Source: Shigella phage SP18. From it: a stretch of 64,000 nt of DNA. A program made the position numbers and the translations under genes. How positions within the stretch are numbered: position 1 is the stretch's first letter; the number at the start of each line of letters is the position of its first letter. The notes beneath the pieces are model-generated. The model saw only the letters and a program-made list of their open reading frames with translations. It was not told the DNA's origin and ran no database searches. Shown here in pieces: positions 32,468-42,821 of the stretch. Where the stretch lies: the sequence record GQ981382, one strand, 5' to 3'.

Positions 32468-32931
32468 AATGCATCTCTCAATTGGTTAAGTATGTCAATA
32501 AATTCTTGTTCAGTCAATATTGTATCATGAACAGTAAGGTGGCTCGCCATCGAATGCTTTAAAACTTTGCCCTTTGTAGCTTGTAATGCGTCGCGGAATC
32601 CTTTGTTTTGGAGCGCTGCTTCAAAATATGCATTTGTATACAACTCTTTCCATGATGTAGAGTATCTTGAAAAGGGAATTCCAAGCCAGAAAAGCGTCCC
32701 ACGGTCCGCAGCTCTTGCATAAGCTCTTCCAGTTTGCTGGGCGGTCAATCCGGACATCCCAAATATACGTTTTTGTTGTTCACAATTTCTCACCTTACAC
32801 CCCTGTAGGAAGCCTTCAAGACCTCCAAACTGGATGCCATCCATAACAAAAGGCCATTTAGCAAAGTTACTTAATGCACATGACGGCCATGGGAAATTGC
32901 TTCTGATTTCTAACTCAGACATCTTTGACAC
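32464..32931 (-). CDS. NADAR / YbiA-like (DUF1768) protein (30.3-like position)
   Basis: LSNFAKWPFVMDGIQFGGLEGFLQGCK matches the YbiA core (FSNFAAWP..DG......EHYFQAQK); later ALQATKGKVLKH matches the YbiA C-terminal helix. Recognised by eye, not by search. Confidence 0.6.
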   Translation of the reverse strand: MSKMSELEIRSNFPWPSCALSNFAKWPFVMDGIQFGGLEGFLQGCKVRNCEQQKRIFGMSGLTAQQTGRAYARAADRGTLFWLGIPFSRYSTSWKELYTNAYFEAALQNKGFRDALQATKGKVLKHSMASHLTVHDTILTEQEFIDILNQLRDAL

Positions 32932-33127
32932 TGATAATATCTACATCAGCCCAATGACCATAACCAGGTAGACGGTCTTCAATAGATAAGCTGTTATGCT
33001 TTTTAAGGATAATCTTTTTAATAACTTTTTCTTTGTTATCTTGAAGATAAGGACTATGGTCAATAACTGAATAAGTAACTTCAACCATTTCTGTTCCCAA
33101 AATTTTCTGAATCAGTTTCTTAAACAT
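32915..33127 (-). CDS. Hypothetical protein
   Basis: 70-aa ORF, co-oriented and tightly packed in the early-gene cluster. Confidence 0.45.
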   Translation of the reverse strand: MFKKLIQKILGTEMVEVTYSVIDHSPYLQDNKEKVIKKIILKKHNSLSIEDRLPGYGHWADVDIISVKDV

Positions 33128-33128
33128 A

Positions 33129-33323
33129 TTATCCTCGCCTTAAACATTTGATTACAGACAGTTCACCGCTCATGCGAACATCTTCAGTTCCATCAACCCA
33201 CAAGACTAAATACGCTTCTTTAATTACAATACCACCGAATTTAAAAGCAGGCAGGACCTTTGAAATCATTCCAGGAATACCCACACCTTTTAACTGAACA
33301 GTTTGTGATAAGAATAGTTGCAT
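33129..33323 (-). CDS. Hypothetical protein
   Basis: 64-aa ORF with abutting stop/start to both neighbours. Confidence 0.45.
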   Translation of the reverse strand: MQLFLSQTVQLKGVGIPGMISKVLPAFKFGGIVIKEAYLVLWVDGTEDVRMSGELSVIKCLRRG

Positions 33324-33610
33324 TAGAACCTCATCTGGAAACCGTGTGATTTAACATTACCGCCATTAATATCAGACGAATTAATTTCACGTGCTGCAAT
33401 TGGGTCAATATCAATGTCGCGGCTAAGCTTGGTGATTGCCAGTGTATCACGTCCATTAACAGCCCTGAATTCAACTGGGCAAACTATATCCACATAGTTT
33501 TTAATGGATTCTTTAGTTGGTTGCTTATCAGCAGGTACACCTGGACCAGCTTTAGAGAAAACAACTTCACAGAAATTTTTACGTGTATCAAAGTAAGTAG
33601 TCATAAACAT
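33323..33610 (-). CDS. Hypothetical protein
   Basis: 95 aa from the Met with a GAGG RBS (MFMTTYFDTRKNF); a hairpin from the upstream gene overlaps the longer ORF-track version. Confidence 0.5.
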   Translation of the reverse strand: MFMTTYFDTRKNFCEVVFSKAGPGVPADKQPTKESIKNYVDIVCPVEFRAVNGRDTLAITKLSRDIDIDPIAAREINSSDINGGNVKSHGFQMRF

Positions 33611-33646
33611 AGTATTTGCCTCAAGGGGCTTTCGCCCCATTTAAGA

Positions 33647-34012
33647 TTAGATATCAAATTCATTAAGAACTACATCAAAAATTGCTTCCAGGTGTTCAGG
33701 TTTTGCTTTGTTACCCAGGATATGACGAATCCAAGTTTTAACCAACAGCTTGCGATTAACACCATTCCAGCAAGGATGAGTCCCTAAATCACGTTCACGG
33801 AAATCATCATCTAAAGCAATTTTAAAGGTTGAACCAGTCATAGTGATTGAAAGAGTGATACCATTTTCAAATCGCATATAAACGTAGTTAGGAGTCATAT
33901 ACTGTTCAATTTCGCACACTGAACCATTTTTATGTTTCCACAGGCAAATAACTTCAGAAGAACCTGGGATGCAGTTAGAAACATATTTGCGTTCAAAGTT
34001 GATGTAGTTCAT
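33647..34012 (-). CDS. Hypothetical protein
   Basis: 121-aa ORF with a GGAGAATAAAATG-type start context. Confidence 0.5.
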   Translation of the reverse strand: MNYINFERKYVSNCIPGSSEVICLWKHKNGSVCEIEQYMTPNYVYMRFENGITLSITMTGSTFKIALDDDFRERDLGTHPCWNGVNRKLLVKTWIRHILGNKAKPEHLEAIFDVVLNEFDI

Positions 34013-34083
34013 TTTATTCTCCAGTTGTTTTCATTTGTTGGTACAGGTTTATAATATCATAACCTGTACCAAAGTAAACTGTT

Positions 34084-34452
34084 TTATGCGACTTTAATCC
34101 AATTATCTAAATTTAATTCACCCTTAGCTTTCATTTTTTCAATCAAATCATCAGCAGTGGTGCGACCATTTTGATACCATGTAACATCTTCAGAATAACC
34201 AGTTTCTTCATCTTCATAGGTCTTACAGCGAATCTTACCAAGAATCAAAGTTTTCAGTTCGTAGGTATCACCAGTAAAAAAGTTTGTTACCATAATTTTC
34301 CAGGAGAAGTCATCAGAAGGACCTTCTGGAGTCATGCAAGAAACGAATTCAAATTGTTCTTTATACAAGTGCCATTGCATTTCTTTAGTTTCAATGGCTT
34401 TGTAGCCGTCGTGGTCTTTACCTTTGATGTATGAGTTAAGATTGATTTTCAT
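34084..34452 (-). CDS. Hypothetical early protein downstream of a PeSL-like cassette
   Basis: 122 aa; conserved cassette (-35, -10, leader, GGAGAATAAAATG) immediately upstream. Confidence 0.6.
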   Translation of the reverse strand: MKINLNSYIKGKDHDGYKAIETKEMQWHLYKEQFEFVSCMTPEGPSDDFSWKIMVTNFFTGDTYELKTLILGKIRCKTYEDEETGYSEDVTWYQNGRTTADDLIEKMKAKGELNLDNWIKVA

Positions 34453-34523
34453 TTTATTCTCCAGTGCTTTATTGTGTAACTCAGTATGGAATCATTATGC
34501 ACTGGCCCAACCCTGTTGTACAC
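34453..34523 (-). promoter_or_regulatory. PeSL-like early promoter-leader cassette, copy B
   Basis: Minus strand GTGTACAA, 16 nt, CATAATGATTCCATACTGAGTTA, then GGAGAATAAAATG. Confidence 0.7.
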
Positions 34524-34537
34524 CCTTTATGAAAAAA

Positions 34538-34558
34538 AAAGACTCCCGAAGGAGTCAT
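34538..34558 (-). terminator. Terminator hairpin overlapping the stop of the 34555-34905 gene
   Basis: GACTCC-CGAA-GGAGTC followed on the minus strand by a nine-T run. Confidence 0.65.
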
Positions 34559-34905
34559 TTGATAATTGTTTTATAGGTCACTTCAGCTGTGTAGAAGTTT
34601 TTGGCTTTCATTACAATAGCTTCACCCTTTGGATTCGCCTCAATCCATTCTCTGGCACGTTTATGTGCTTCCAGTTCAGTAAGCAAACCAGAGCGTTGAC
34701 AGCCACGGTCTTGTGTACCAGCTTCACTTAAGAAAGCGACTAGATAAATTGCGTCGTCATACGGTTTAGCAGGTGGGATGTACACCGGAGGACTCGGTGG
34801 GACATACGCAGCAGGATGATGACCCGGAATTTCATTGTATGGACCAGGCGCGGCATAAGATGCTCCACGTGGTGTAGTAAACGTGTGATTGTATCTATCG
34901 TTCAT
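34555..34905 (-). CDS. Hypothetical protein with Pro/Tyr-rich N-terminus
   Basis: 116-aa ORF; hairpin plus T-run terminator overlaps its stop on the minus strand. Confidence 0.5.
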   Translation of the reverse strand: MNDRYNHTFTTPRGASYAAPGPYNEIPGHHPAAYVPPSPPVYIPPAKPYDDAIYLVAFLSEAGTQDRGCQRSGLLTELEAHKRAREWIEANPKGEAIVMKAKNFYTAEVTYKTIIK

Positions 34906-34914
34906 AATATTTTC

Positions 34915-34947
34915 CTAGAAAAAAGGGACTCCGAAGAGTCCCTGAAC
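34915..34947 (-). terminator. Terminator hairpin downstream of the 53-aa basic ORF
   Basis: GGGACT-CCGAAG-AGTCCC followed on the minus strand by TTTTTT. Confidence 0.6.
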
Positions 34948-35109
34948 TTATGCTTTCGGCTTACCAAAGCAAGCTGCATCGGCACGCAATACCGCACGAG
35001 CACGAGCCTGAAGTTTATCAGTTACCTGATTGATTCGCTTGTTGGACGCACGCTTGTAACCAGCGCGTTTGGAGGAGCCATCAACAACTTTAACTTCTTT
35101 CTTAGCCAT
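34948..35109 (-). CDS. Small basic protein, 53 aa, not in the ORF track
   Basis: Hand translation MAKKEVKVVDGSSKRAGYKRASNKRINQVTDKLQARARAVLRADAACFGKPKA; AAAGAG RBS-like element; terminator hairpin directly downstream. Confidence 0.45.
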   Translation of the reverse strand: MAKKEVKVVDGSSKRAGYKRASNKRINQVTDKLQARARAVLRADAACFGKPKA

Positions 35110-35506
35110 ATTAAATTCTCTTTAAAATAGAATGCAGGACTTATTGGCATTGCCTGCGCAAGCCCTCGAAGGGAACATTAGGTTTCGGATATTTAACGAC
35201 AGGATAACCATAAACCTCGTCATCATACCTTATAGCTCTTATCTGTTGCACACCGTTAGCTTAAAGGTTCCGGGTTCGATTTCTCGAGGATAAGATATAT
35301 ACTGATGGATATATAGGCCTTGAGGCGTACTCCCGATTGGCCATCACCTCGGGGTAGCATGCACTTGCCGCTATAAGAATAACATTCAAGAGGTACACCA
35401 TAAAATTGCCGAGGTCTTAAAACTATAATGATTCGCAAATCATTAATCAGACAATTCGACGGCTCCTCGATTTTAGCTCACACTAAGGCAGTGAATCTCC
35501 AATAAA

Positions 35507-35761
35507 TTACTTCAGAGTTACGACAAAATGGCGAACAGCTTTACGGGCAGCAGATGCCAGCGGCTTAGCAAATTTCAGTTCATCTTTTGCTTCGAGCACT
35601 GCACGAAGGTCGGTTTGAATCGGGTTAAGATGTTTGAAATACTGCAGAATTTCCAGTGCTTCGGCTTCAACATCAATAGATGCGCCGTAGTTTTCGTGAC
35701 CGTTATTCCATGCAGTGCGTTGCAGTTCAAGAGCGTGTTGTAATTGTTTGTTTAAAGACAT
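35507..35761 (-). CDS. rIII: rIII-like lysis inhibition accessory protein
   Basis: 84 aa from the internal Met (MSLNKQLQHALELQRTAWNNGHENYGASIDVEAEALEILQYFKHLNP), matching T4 rIII by recall; GAGG RBS; adjacent to gene 31 as in T4. Confidence 0.8.
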   Translation of the reverse strand: MSLNKQLQHALELQRTAWNNGHENYGASIDVEAEALEILQYFKHLNPIQTDLRAVLEAKDELKFAKPLASAARKAVRHFVVTLK

Positions 35762-35901
35762 TTTAGAAGCCTCAATATGAGGTGAATATTTGGTGGACAC
35801 GTTCTTCTGAATTTCACTTCCTTTCGGCAAGTCTCTCAGTTGTAGTCCACCGTTTAGGATTCTCCGGTTAACTAACTGGTCCGGCAGCCAATCCATATTA
35901 T

Positions 35902-35909
35902 TATTTATA
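35902..35909 (-). promoter_or_regulatory. Late promoter motif TATAAATA (minus strand) upstream of rIII
   Basis: Reverse complement of plus-strand TATTTATA; lies in the 31-rIII interval. Confidence 0.5.
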
Positions 35910-35918
35910 ACGCTAATT

Positions 35919-36266
35919 TTACTTATAAAGACAAGGAACAGCTTTATAATGACAGGTCACAAATTTCTGCTTAACTTCTTTAGCCTGCTTAAGTCCCAGA
36001 GCAACCAGAGGATGTGGAACGTTTGCAATCTTGCCAACCGGAAGAGGAGTCAAATCACCCACTTCACAGAAACCTTCGGGAACATCCGGACCAACCGAAA
36101 ATACTTCGCACATCTCTGGGATTTCACCCTGATGGAGTTTTCCGATAACGATACCTGATGCCGTAGTTTCTTCATCACCAGCTTGCTTTGGCTCAGAAAC
36201 CAAAATAATATATTCACCTACTGCTTTAATTGGTAATTCCATATTTAATCCATGTTGTTTGGTCAT
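35919..36266 (-). CDS. 31: Co-chaperonin gp31 (GroES-like)
   Basis: Matches T4 gp31 ([52 protein letters not shown]). Start could be the internal Met at 36242. Confidence 0.92.
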   Translation of the reverse strand: MTKQHGLNMELPIKAVGEYIILVSEPKQAGDEETTASGIVIGKLHQGEIPEMCEVFSVGPDVPEGFCEVGDLTPLPVGKIANVPHPLVALGLKQAKEVKQKFVTCHYKAVPCLYK

Positions 36267-36297
36267 GTATTAATAATAACACGCACCGTTTGAAGCA

Positions 36298-36597
36298 TTA
36301 AAGGACAAGCAGAGTCTCGGTCTGCAGACCATTCACGGAAATCAATTTATTGAAACAGAATGAACGCCATTCATTAAGCTTGGTATCAAATACCCGGATA
36401 TAGCTAACTGGTTCTTTATTGGCTTCTGGTCCAGGGGTCTGGATTTCTTTATGCGGCAGCAGGTCCAGGTCACGAGTACAAGTCATACGGCGGATGCTAC
36501 CATCTGCTTTTTCAAACAGAACTTCGTGAAAACCAACAGACAAAATAGTCTTGACTTTTTCACGGAGACGAATTGTTTCTTGTTCAGTTAAAATCAT
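36298..36597 (-). CDS. Hypothetical protein (31.1-like position)
   Basis: 99-aa ORF downstream of gene 31. Confidence 0.55.
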   Translation of the reverse strand: MILTEQETIRLREKVKTILSVGFHEVLFEKADGSIRRMTCTRDLDLLPHKEIQTPGPEANKEPVSYIRVFDTKLNEWRSFCFNKLISVNGLQTETLLVL

Positions 36598-36599
36598 AA

Positions 36600-36833
36600 T
36601 TATTCCAAAACAGTTTTAATGGTTGTTGCATTACGCTCTTTTAGAGCTCTTAATAGGCTATGGCAATTTTCAAGAATAGGCACCGTTTTATAGTTCATTT
36701 CGGGGCGAACCCACTCGGATTTATAGTACGATTTCCAACGAGAGAAAAAGTACTTTTTATATTCTACTGAATAGGCTACCAGGTTTTCACCTTTTGAGTT
36801 CAGACCTGAAAACTTAACTAGACGAAATTTCAT
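36600..36833 (-). CDS. Hypothetical protein (31.2-like position)
   Basis: 77-aa ORF with abutting start/stop. Confidence 0.5.
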   Translation of the reverse strand: MKFRLVKFSGLNSKGENLVAYSVEYKKYFFSRWKSYYKSEWVRPEMNYKTVPILENCHSLLRALKERNATTIKTVLE

Positions 36834-37414
36834 TATTCACCACAAAATTCGTTAATGTTTTCCCAGTTCAATTTGTCTAGACTACGCTTAGGCACATTGA
36901 ACACCTCAATTCCCGCGTTCTTCAGGATATCATCCCAACCAGGAATATTCTTATCATACGTTTCACAGTAAACCAATTTCTTGATTCCTGATTGAGAAAT
37001 TGCCTTTGCACAATCAGGGCAAGGAGAAAGCGTCACATACATAGTAGCGCCTTCAATTGACGAACCCATTCTGGCTGCGAACAGAATCGCATTAAGCTCG
37101 GCATGAATTTCGTTGTTCTTTGACCAGGCCGAATGAGCTTCGCGATGAGCTTTCGCCAATACAAAACGGTCAACCTGACTGAATCTCACGCATTCTGACT
37201 TATGACCAGGGATGAGAACTGGTTTAGGTTTATTCAGTAACCAACCTTGCTCTTCCGCATGCTCGCAACAGTTAACCCCACCCGCAGGGGAACCATTATA
37301 CCCTGTAGAAATAATGCGACCATTCTTTTCAATAACAGCTCCCACTTTCCAGGAGCAACATTTGGATTCTTGAGATACAAGGTATGCGATTTGCAGAACA
37401 GTAGTTGGTTTCAT
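36833..37414 (-). CDS. cd: dCMP deaminase
   Basis: 193 aa, the T4 Cd length; zinc-binding deaminase motifs (CCEHAEEQ, HAELNAILFAA, PCPDCAKAI). Confidence 0.93.
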   Translation of the reverse strand: MKPTTVLQIAYLVSQESKCCSWKVGAVIEKNGRIISTGYNGSPAGGVNCCEHAEEQGWLLNKPKPVLIPGHKSECVRFSQVDRFVLAKAHREAHSAWSKNNEIHAELNAILFAARMGSSIEGATMYVTLSPCPDCAKAISQSGIKKLVYCETYDKNIPGWDDILKNAGIEVFNVPKRSLDKLNWENINEFCGE

Positions 37415-37750
37415 TTACATCACCACGAGATAATTGGTTTTAATAGTTTCAACACGATATAATTCATGTCGCAATTTAGTAATGCTCTTAACATGTGTTG
37501 TAATTATACTATCACCATCGCTGAAGCGTTTTTTCTTATCGTCAAAAATCACCCCAAACATTCGCTCACCAATTTCTACAGGAGCTTCTGTGATAACAAC
37601 CGCATCATAATTACTTGGGTGAATACTTTTAAACAGAGCATCATTCGCAAGCGTTACTTTGATAAATGCAGCTGTCTCCGGGTCCAACTTACGATGGTCA
37701 CCCAAATCATTTTTAAGTGCTTCCTGAAAAATATCCATTAAATTCATCAT
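37415..37750 (-). CDS. Hypothetical protein (cd.x-like)
   Basis: 111-aa ORF; stop abuts the cd start. Confidence 0.5.
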   Translation of the reverse strand: MMNLMDIFQEALKNDLGDHRKLDPETAAFIKVTLANDALFKSIHPSNYDAVVITEAPVEIGERMFGVIFDDKKKRFSDGDSIITTHVKSITKLRHELYRVETIKTNYLVVM

Positions 37751-37992
37751 TGAATATACACTCGCTGCGCTTCAACCAGACCGTCAGAACCCAATTTCAG
37801 TTGGGTCAACTGATCACCACCTTTTAGAGTAATTTTCGGATTAATGACAATCATAAAACTGCGTGCAGATTCCTGAATAACTTGCAAAGTCGCAGCAGGG
37901 AATCGCTCTGATACGTGATTAATCATCGCTTGAGCAAATGCCTTCACTTTTTCGTGGAACTCTTCAACAGTAATTGGGGTTTCGCTAAGCAT
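37747..37992 (-). CDS. Hypothetical protein (cd.x-like)
   Basis: 81-aa ORF with 4-nt overlaps to both neighbours. Confidence 0.5.
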   Translation of the reverse strand: MLSETPITVEEFHEKVKAFAQAMINHVSERFPAATLQVIQESARSFMIVINPKITLKGGDQLTQLKLGSDGLVEAQRVYIQ

Positions 37993-38534
37993 CAGATTGT
38001 CTCCTGTTTTACTTGTTTAATGATAGAAGCTTTTGTGATATCGCCTTTGATAATATAGCAATCTTCTGCAGTACCACGGTTTAACAGACGCTCTGCTTCG
38101 CCTTCCGCTCGCTCTTTTGACACATGACGAGAGTTAATCTCAATCTTGCCATTTTTAACCACAAGCAATTTCCAAACTGATGCAAGTTTCACTGGCACAG
38201 GTTCAACTTCTGGCTTAACACCAACTTCTGCCCGGATGAAATAATCAAATTCATCAGACAATGGACCAGCAGAAACAAACATTGCTCCATGATGCCTGTT
38301 TTCTGCGCCAGATATTTTTGCCAAATCCACAAAATCATTTTCATCAATCAAACGTATCTCACAAACTTTTCTTCCACCGCTCGCGGTATCAGGTACAATT
38401 TTCACTTCAAACGGAGTCATACCGATGTATTTGGCAATTTGGTAATTAGCTGCCCAGCCGCCGGCAATAAACTGTTTTTTGGCATTTTCAGATACGAATT
38501 TGTAAAACTTGCCTTCTTCAAAGAAATTACTCAT
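37992..38534 (-). CDS. Hypothetical protein sharing an N-terminal motif with the 50652-51020 gene
   Basis: 180 aa; N-terminal GKFYKFVSENAKKQFIAGG resembles GKFYVLDPAAKKQFIAGS in the 122-aa protein at 50652-51020. Confidence 0.55.
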   Translation of the reverse strand: MSNFFEEGKFYKFVSENAKKQFIAGGWAANYQIAKYIGMTPFEVKIVPDTASGGRKVCEIRLIDENDFVDLAKISGAENRHHGAMFVSAGPLSDEFDYFIRAEVGVKPEVEPVPVKLASVWKLLVVKNGKIEINSRHVSKERAEGEAERLLNRGTAEDCYIIKGDITKASIIKQVKQETI

Positions 38535-38594
38535 TTTGTTTTCCTCATGTGTTGATGAAATTCATTATACACCATCCGTGGTGAAAGTAAACAC

Positions 38595-38873
38595 TTAAAT
38601 TGCTTCGACAACTACCGTTTGTTTCTGGAAGTCCATCTTGCATGAAATAGCCAAAATGTGGTTATCAATTTTAAATGGAACAATTGCAAATGCTGCACCA
38701 GGCGTGAGTTGAACAGTGATTGCATCAACTGCATCCGGGAACATGATTTCCAGAATAGCAGACAAACGGCCATGCACTTTTAGTTCAGTCGACACGTCGA
38801 CGCTTTCGTATAGATAATCAGATACAATCTGACTAAAAACTACTTTAACAATTTCAGAATATGTAGGAAACAT
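38595..38873 (-). CDS. Hypothetical protein
   Basis: 92-aa ORF downstream of a middle-promoter-like element. Confidence 0.5.
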   Translation of the reverse strand: MFPTYSEIVKVVFSQIVSDYLYESVDVSTELKVHGRLSAILEIMFPDAVDAITVQLTPGAAFAIVPFKIDNHILAISCKMDFQKQTVVVEAI

Positions 38874-38919
38874 TTCTTTTCTCGCTTAGTTATTAGGGTA
38901 TCCAAAGGACCTAGACCCC

Positions 38920-38945
38920 ATTATAACATAAAATTTTTAAAGCGT
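38920..38945 (-). promoter_or_regulatory. Middle-type promoter candidate upstream of the 38595-38873 gene
   Basis: Minus strand CGCTTTAAaaatttTATGTTATAATgg. Confidence 0.4.
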
Positions 38946-39160
38946 TAATGGACGGTATGCACCTTGACATTAACGATAAATCGGTCAATGACTTCAGTCA
39001 GCGGAACGAATTCAACATAATATTCGCCCTTGTATCGTTCGTTGATATCATTGCGCAGTGCAGCCAGGTTGTTGATAAGAGCAGGAGACATATTCTGCCC
39101 TACCAGTTTCTGAAGCTCTTTATAAGCTTCTTCTTCAACTTCATGGTGTTTGTTATACAT
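38945..39160 (-). CDS. Hypothetical protein
   Basis: 71 aa from the internal Met (MYNKHHEVEE); start chosen to give an 8-nt overlap with the upstream gene. Confidence 0.45.
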   Translation of the reverse strand: MYNKHHEVEEEAYKELQKLVGQNMSPALINNLAALRNDINERYKGEYYVEFVPLTEVIDRFIVNVKVHTVH

Positions 39161-39362
39161 AATGTTCTTCCAAGAAGGCCAAGAGTTCTGGAGCGGATTT
39201 AAAGATACCGCCATCGACCTTGTCTTCATCTTTATAGTCCATTACATCCAGACCAATACGTCCATCTGTTAAAGGCCATACGCCGAAGAAAAAGCATTTA
39301 CGTTTTTCAATTTCTTCGATTGTACGAAAAATCTTTTCGATATTATTCATAGGGTTCCACAT
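39153..39362 (-). CDS. Hypothetical protein
   Basis: About 69 aa; start ambiguous between two nearby Met codons. Confidence 0.4.
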   Translation of the reverse strand: MWNPMNNIEKIFRTIEEIEKRKCFFFGVWPLTDGRIGLDVMDYKDEDKVDGGIFKSAPELLAFLEEHYV

Positions 39363-39376
39363 CTCCACTACTTGAG

Positions 39377-39384
39377 TATAAATA
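39377..39384 (+). promoter_or_regulatory. Late promoter motif TATAAATA upstream of the second HNH endonuclease gene
   Basis: Exact TATAAATA 27 nt upstream of the ATG at 39411, with an AGAGGA RBS between. Confidence 0.65.
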
Positions 39385-39410
39385 TAGTATATCACCAAAG
39401 AGGACATACA

Positions 39411-41272
<1,862 letters not shown>

Positions 41273-41439
41273 AATAATTTCCTCAAATTTTATAATCCGT
41301 GGGAGCATTATACTCTGCTCCCATAAGTTTGTACACTACTTTCCAAAAATACCATTTATACACATGCTAAGCACGATTCCAAAACAAAAGCATGTAAAGC
41401 CAAACAGAATGACATCCGACCCATCGATACAAGACTCAA

Positions 41440-41730
41440 TCATTTGCACTTCTCCTCTTTTAGTTCAGAACGATAATAACATAACATGCCTTTTTGGTCA
41501 TGTACATACCTTTTTACATCATTCATCCAAATCCTGAATTCTTGCGATGCTTCAAAAGGCATACCAACCCAGGCTTGACCCTCAATTACCTTCACTTCCC
41601 ATTGCTGTTTGTAATCAGCCAATGCAACAGGCCAATTAGGATGAACTTGGATTGTGGGCTCCACAACGGGCTTCTGGGCGCATGAAACGAGTCCAATAGC
41701 CAAACATACTGCCAGGATAGATTTCATCAT
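41440..41730 (-). CDS. o-spanin (outer-membrane lipoprotein spanin subunit)
   Basis: Signal peptide with lipobox (LAIGLVSC); 96 aa; 4-nt overlap with the upstream i-spanin gene; matches the T4 pseT.2/pseT.3 spanin arrangement. Confidence 0.75.
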   Translation of the reverse strand: MMKSILAVCLAIGLVSCAQKPVVEPTIQVHPNWPVALADYKQQWEVKVIEGQAWVGMPFEASQEFRIWMNDVKRYVHDQKGMLCYYRSELKEEKCK

Positions 41731-42080
41731 TTGGTGAGCTCCTGGAAGTCCTGGGCGAACTTATCAAATGACTGATTAATCTGTTTTTCGACTAATTTAG
41801 GCTTCGCTGCCACAACCTTAGTACGTTTTGCATCTGCGCGAAGTTTATCATTTTCCTTCTGCAGGTGTTCAACATATTCCTGTCGCTGTTGGTCAAGGAG
41901 ATTAATTTGATTAACCTGGTCTTTTACTGATTGCAGATTTTTCGCATTATCTTCTGCGACTTTGGTGACTTCCGCCACCGCCGTCTTGAGATTATCCACT
42001 TTTGCTTTTAGATAGAAACCACTACCAGCAGTTACTACCAGGGCGAGCATAAGCCCTGTGGTGAGATTACTTATTTGCAT
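41727..42080 (-). CDS. i-spanin (inner-membrane spanin subunit)
   Basis: N-terminal transmembrane segment (LMLALVVTAGSGFYL) followed by a long coiled-coil-like periplasmic region; immediately upstream of the lipoprotein gene. Confidence 0.75.
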   Translation of the reverse strand: MQISNLTTGLMLALVVTAGSGFYLKAKVDNLKTAVAEVTKVAEDNAKNLQSVKDQVNQINLLDQQRQEYVEHLQKENDKLRADAKRTKVVAAKPKLVEKQINQSFDKFAQDFQELTK

Positions 42081-42574
42081 AACTTGATGATTACCTCAAC
42101 AATATCATCCTGGGATAAACCATTCAGGAGGATGTGATTTGTACTGTCAGATGCTGAAATGCGGAACTGATTACCAACTTCATCCGCCATATCATCCTGG
42201 GTTAACACTGGGTGTTTAATTCCCAGGCGGTGTTGAAGTGTCAGGGGTTCAACCACAACATAACAAACACATCCATTGATATGCACATTAGGTTGGGTCT
42301 GATTGATGAACACTTCTGCATCATATTTAACCAAATGGTTCTTTAAGAAGTCAACCATTTCGGGAACAGATTCATGAAGGGCTTCTTTCCGCTCTTCTGA
42401 TTTCTTATCACGATATTCTTTTTGTTTCGCCTTCAACTTATTATCAGACGCCAGTTTCTTTCTTAAGTCAGTAAGGAACCCAACATTTTTGGAACCTTTA
42501 TAAACATAGATTCCGTCATGGCGGTCACCATATACATCAACAATCATATCATTTGAAATCAGTTGCATATTCAT
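42071..42574 (-). CDS. alc: Alc-like protein (host transcription shut-off)
   Basis: 167 aa from the internal Met with a GAGGA RBS, matching T4 Alc size and position between pseT and rnlA. Identity is by synteny and size. Confidence 0.6.
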   Translation of the reverse strand: MNMQLISNDMIVDVYGDRHDGIYVYKGSKNVGFLTDLRKKLASDNKLKAKQKEYRDKKSEERKEALHESVPEMVDFLKNHLVKYDAEVFINQTQPNVHINGCVCYVVVEPLTLQHRLGIKHPVLTQDDMADEVGNQFRISASDSTNHILLNGLSQDDIVEVIIKLCK

Positions 42575-42587
42575 AATATTTTCCTCA

Positions 42588-42821
42588 TTAGTAGCGGTTG
42601 TAACCTCTAGGACCAAAAGAGTTGGCACCCAGGCGTTCATCTTTCTTTTTGGCTCTTGCTCTAAACCCAGAATCACCTGTTTGAGCTTTCAGTTCTTTTA
42701 ACAATTTGGCCTTCAGGTCAGTAATGAAACCAATCCGGCGGTCTCCCTTGTAGACATAGATTCCGTCATTACTGTCACCATATGCCTGTGTAACTCTTTC
42801 ATTTGTAATTAAGTTTAACAT
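42588..42821 (-). CDS. Hypothetical protein, partial paralogue of the alc N-terminus
   Basis: 77 aa; AYGDSNDGIYVYKGDRRIGFITDLKAKL versus alc DVYGDRHDGIYVYKGSKNVGFLTDLRKKL; PeSL-like cassette upstream. Confidence 0.55.
   Translation of the reverse strand: MLNLITNERVTQAYGDSNDGIYVYKGDRRIGFITDLKAKLLKELKAQTGDSGFRARAKKKDERLGANSFGPRGYNRY

Noticed and set aside
35130-35500. Possible tRNA or tRNA cluster in the ORF-free island (GGTTCGATT resembles a T-loop)
   Set aside because: No cloverleaf could be built on either strand: the flanking bases do not form a T-stem and there is no acceptor stem or anticodon arm. T4 tRNA genes also lie elsewhere in the genome.
35507-35896. Long 129-aa version of the rIII ORF
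   Set aside because: The minus-strand TATAAATA at 35902-35909 would put the transcription start at or downstream of that ATG. The T4-like rIII sequence begins at the internal Met (35761), which has a GAGG RBS.
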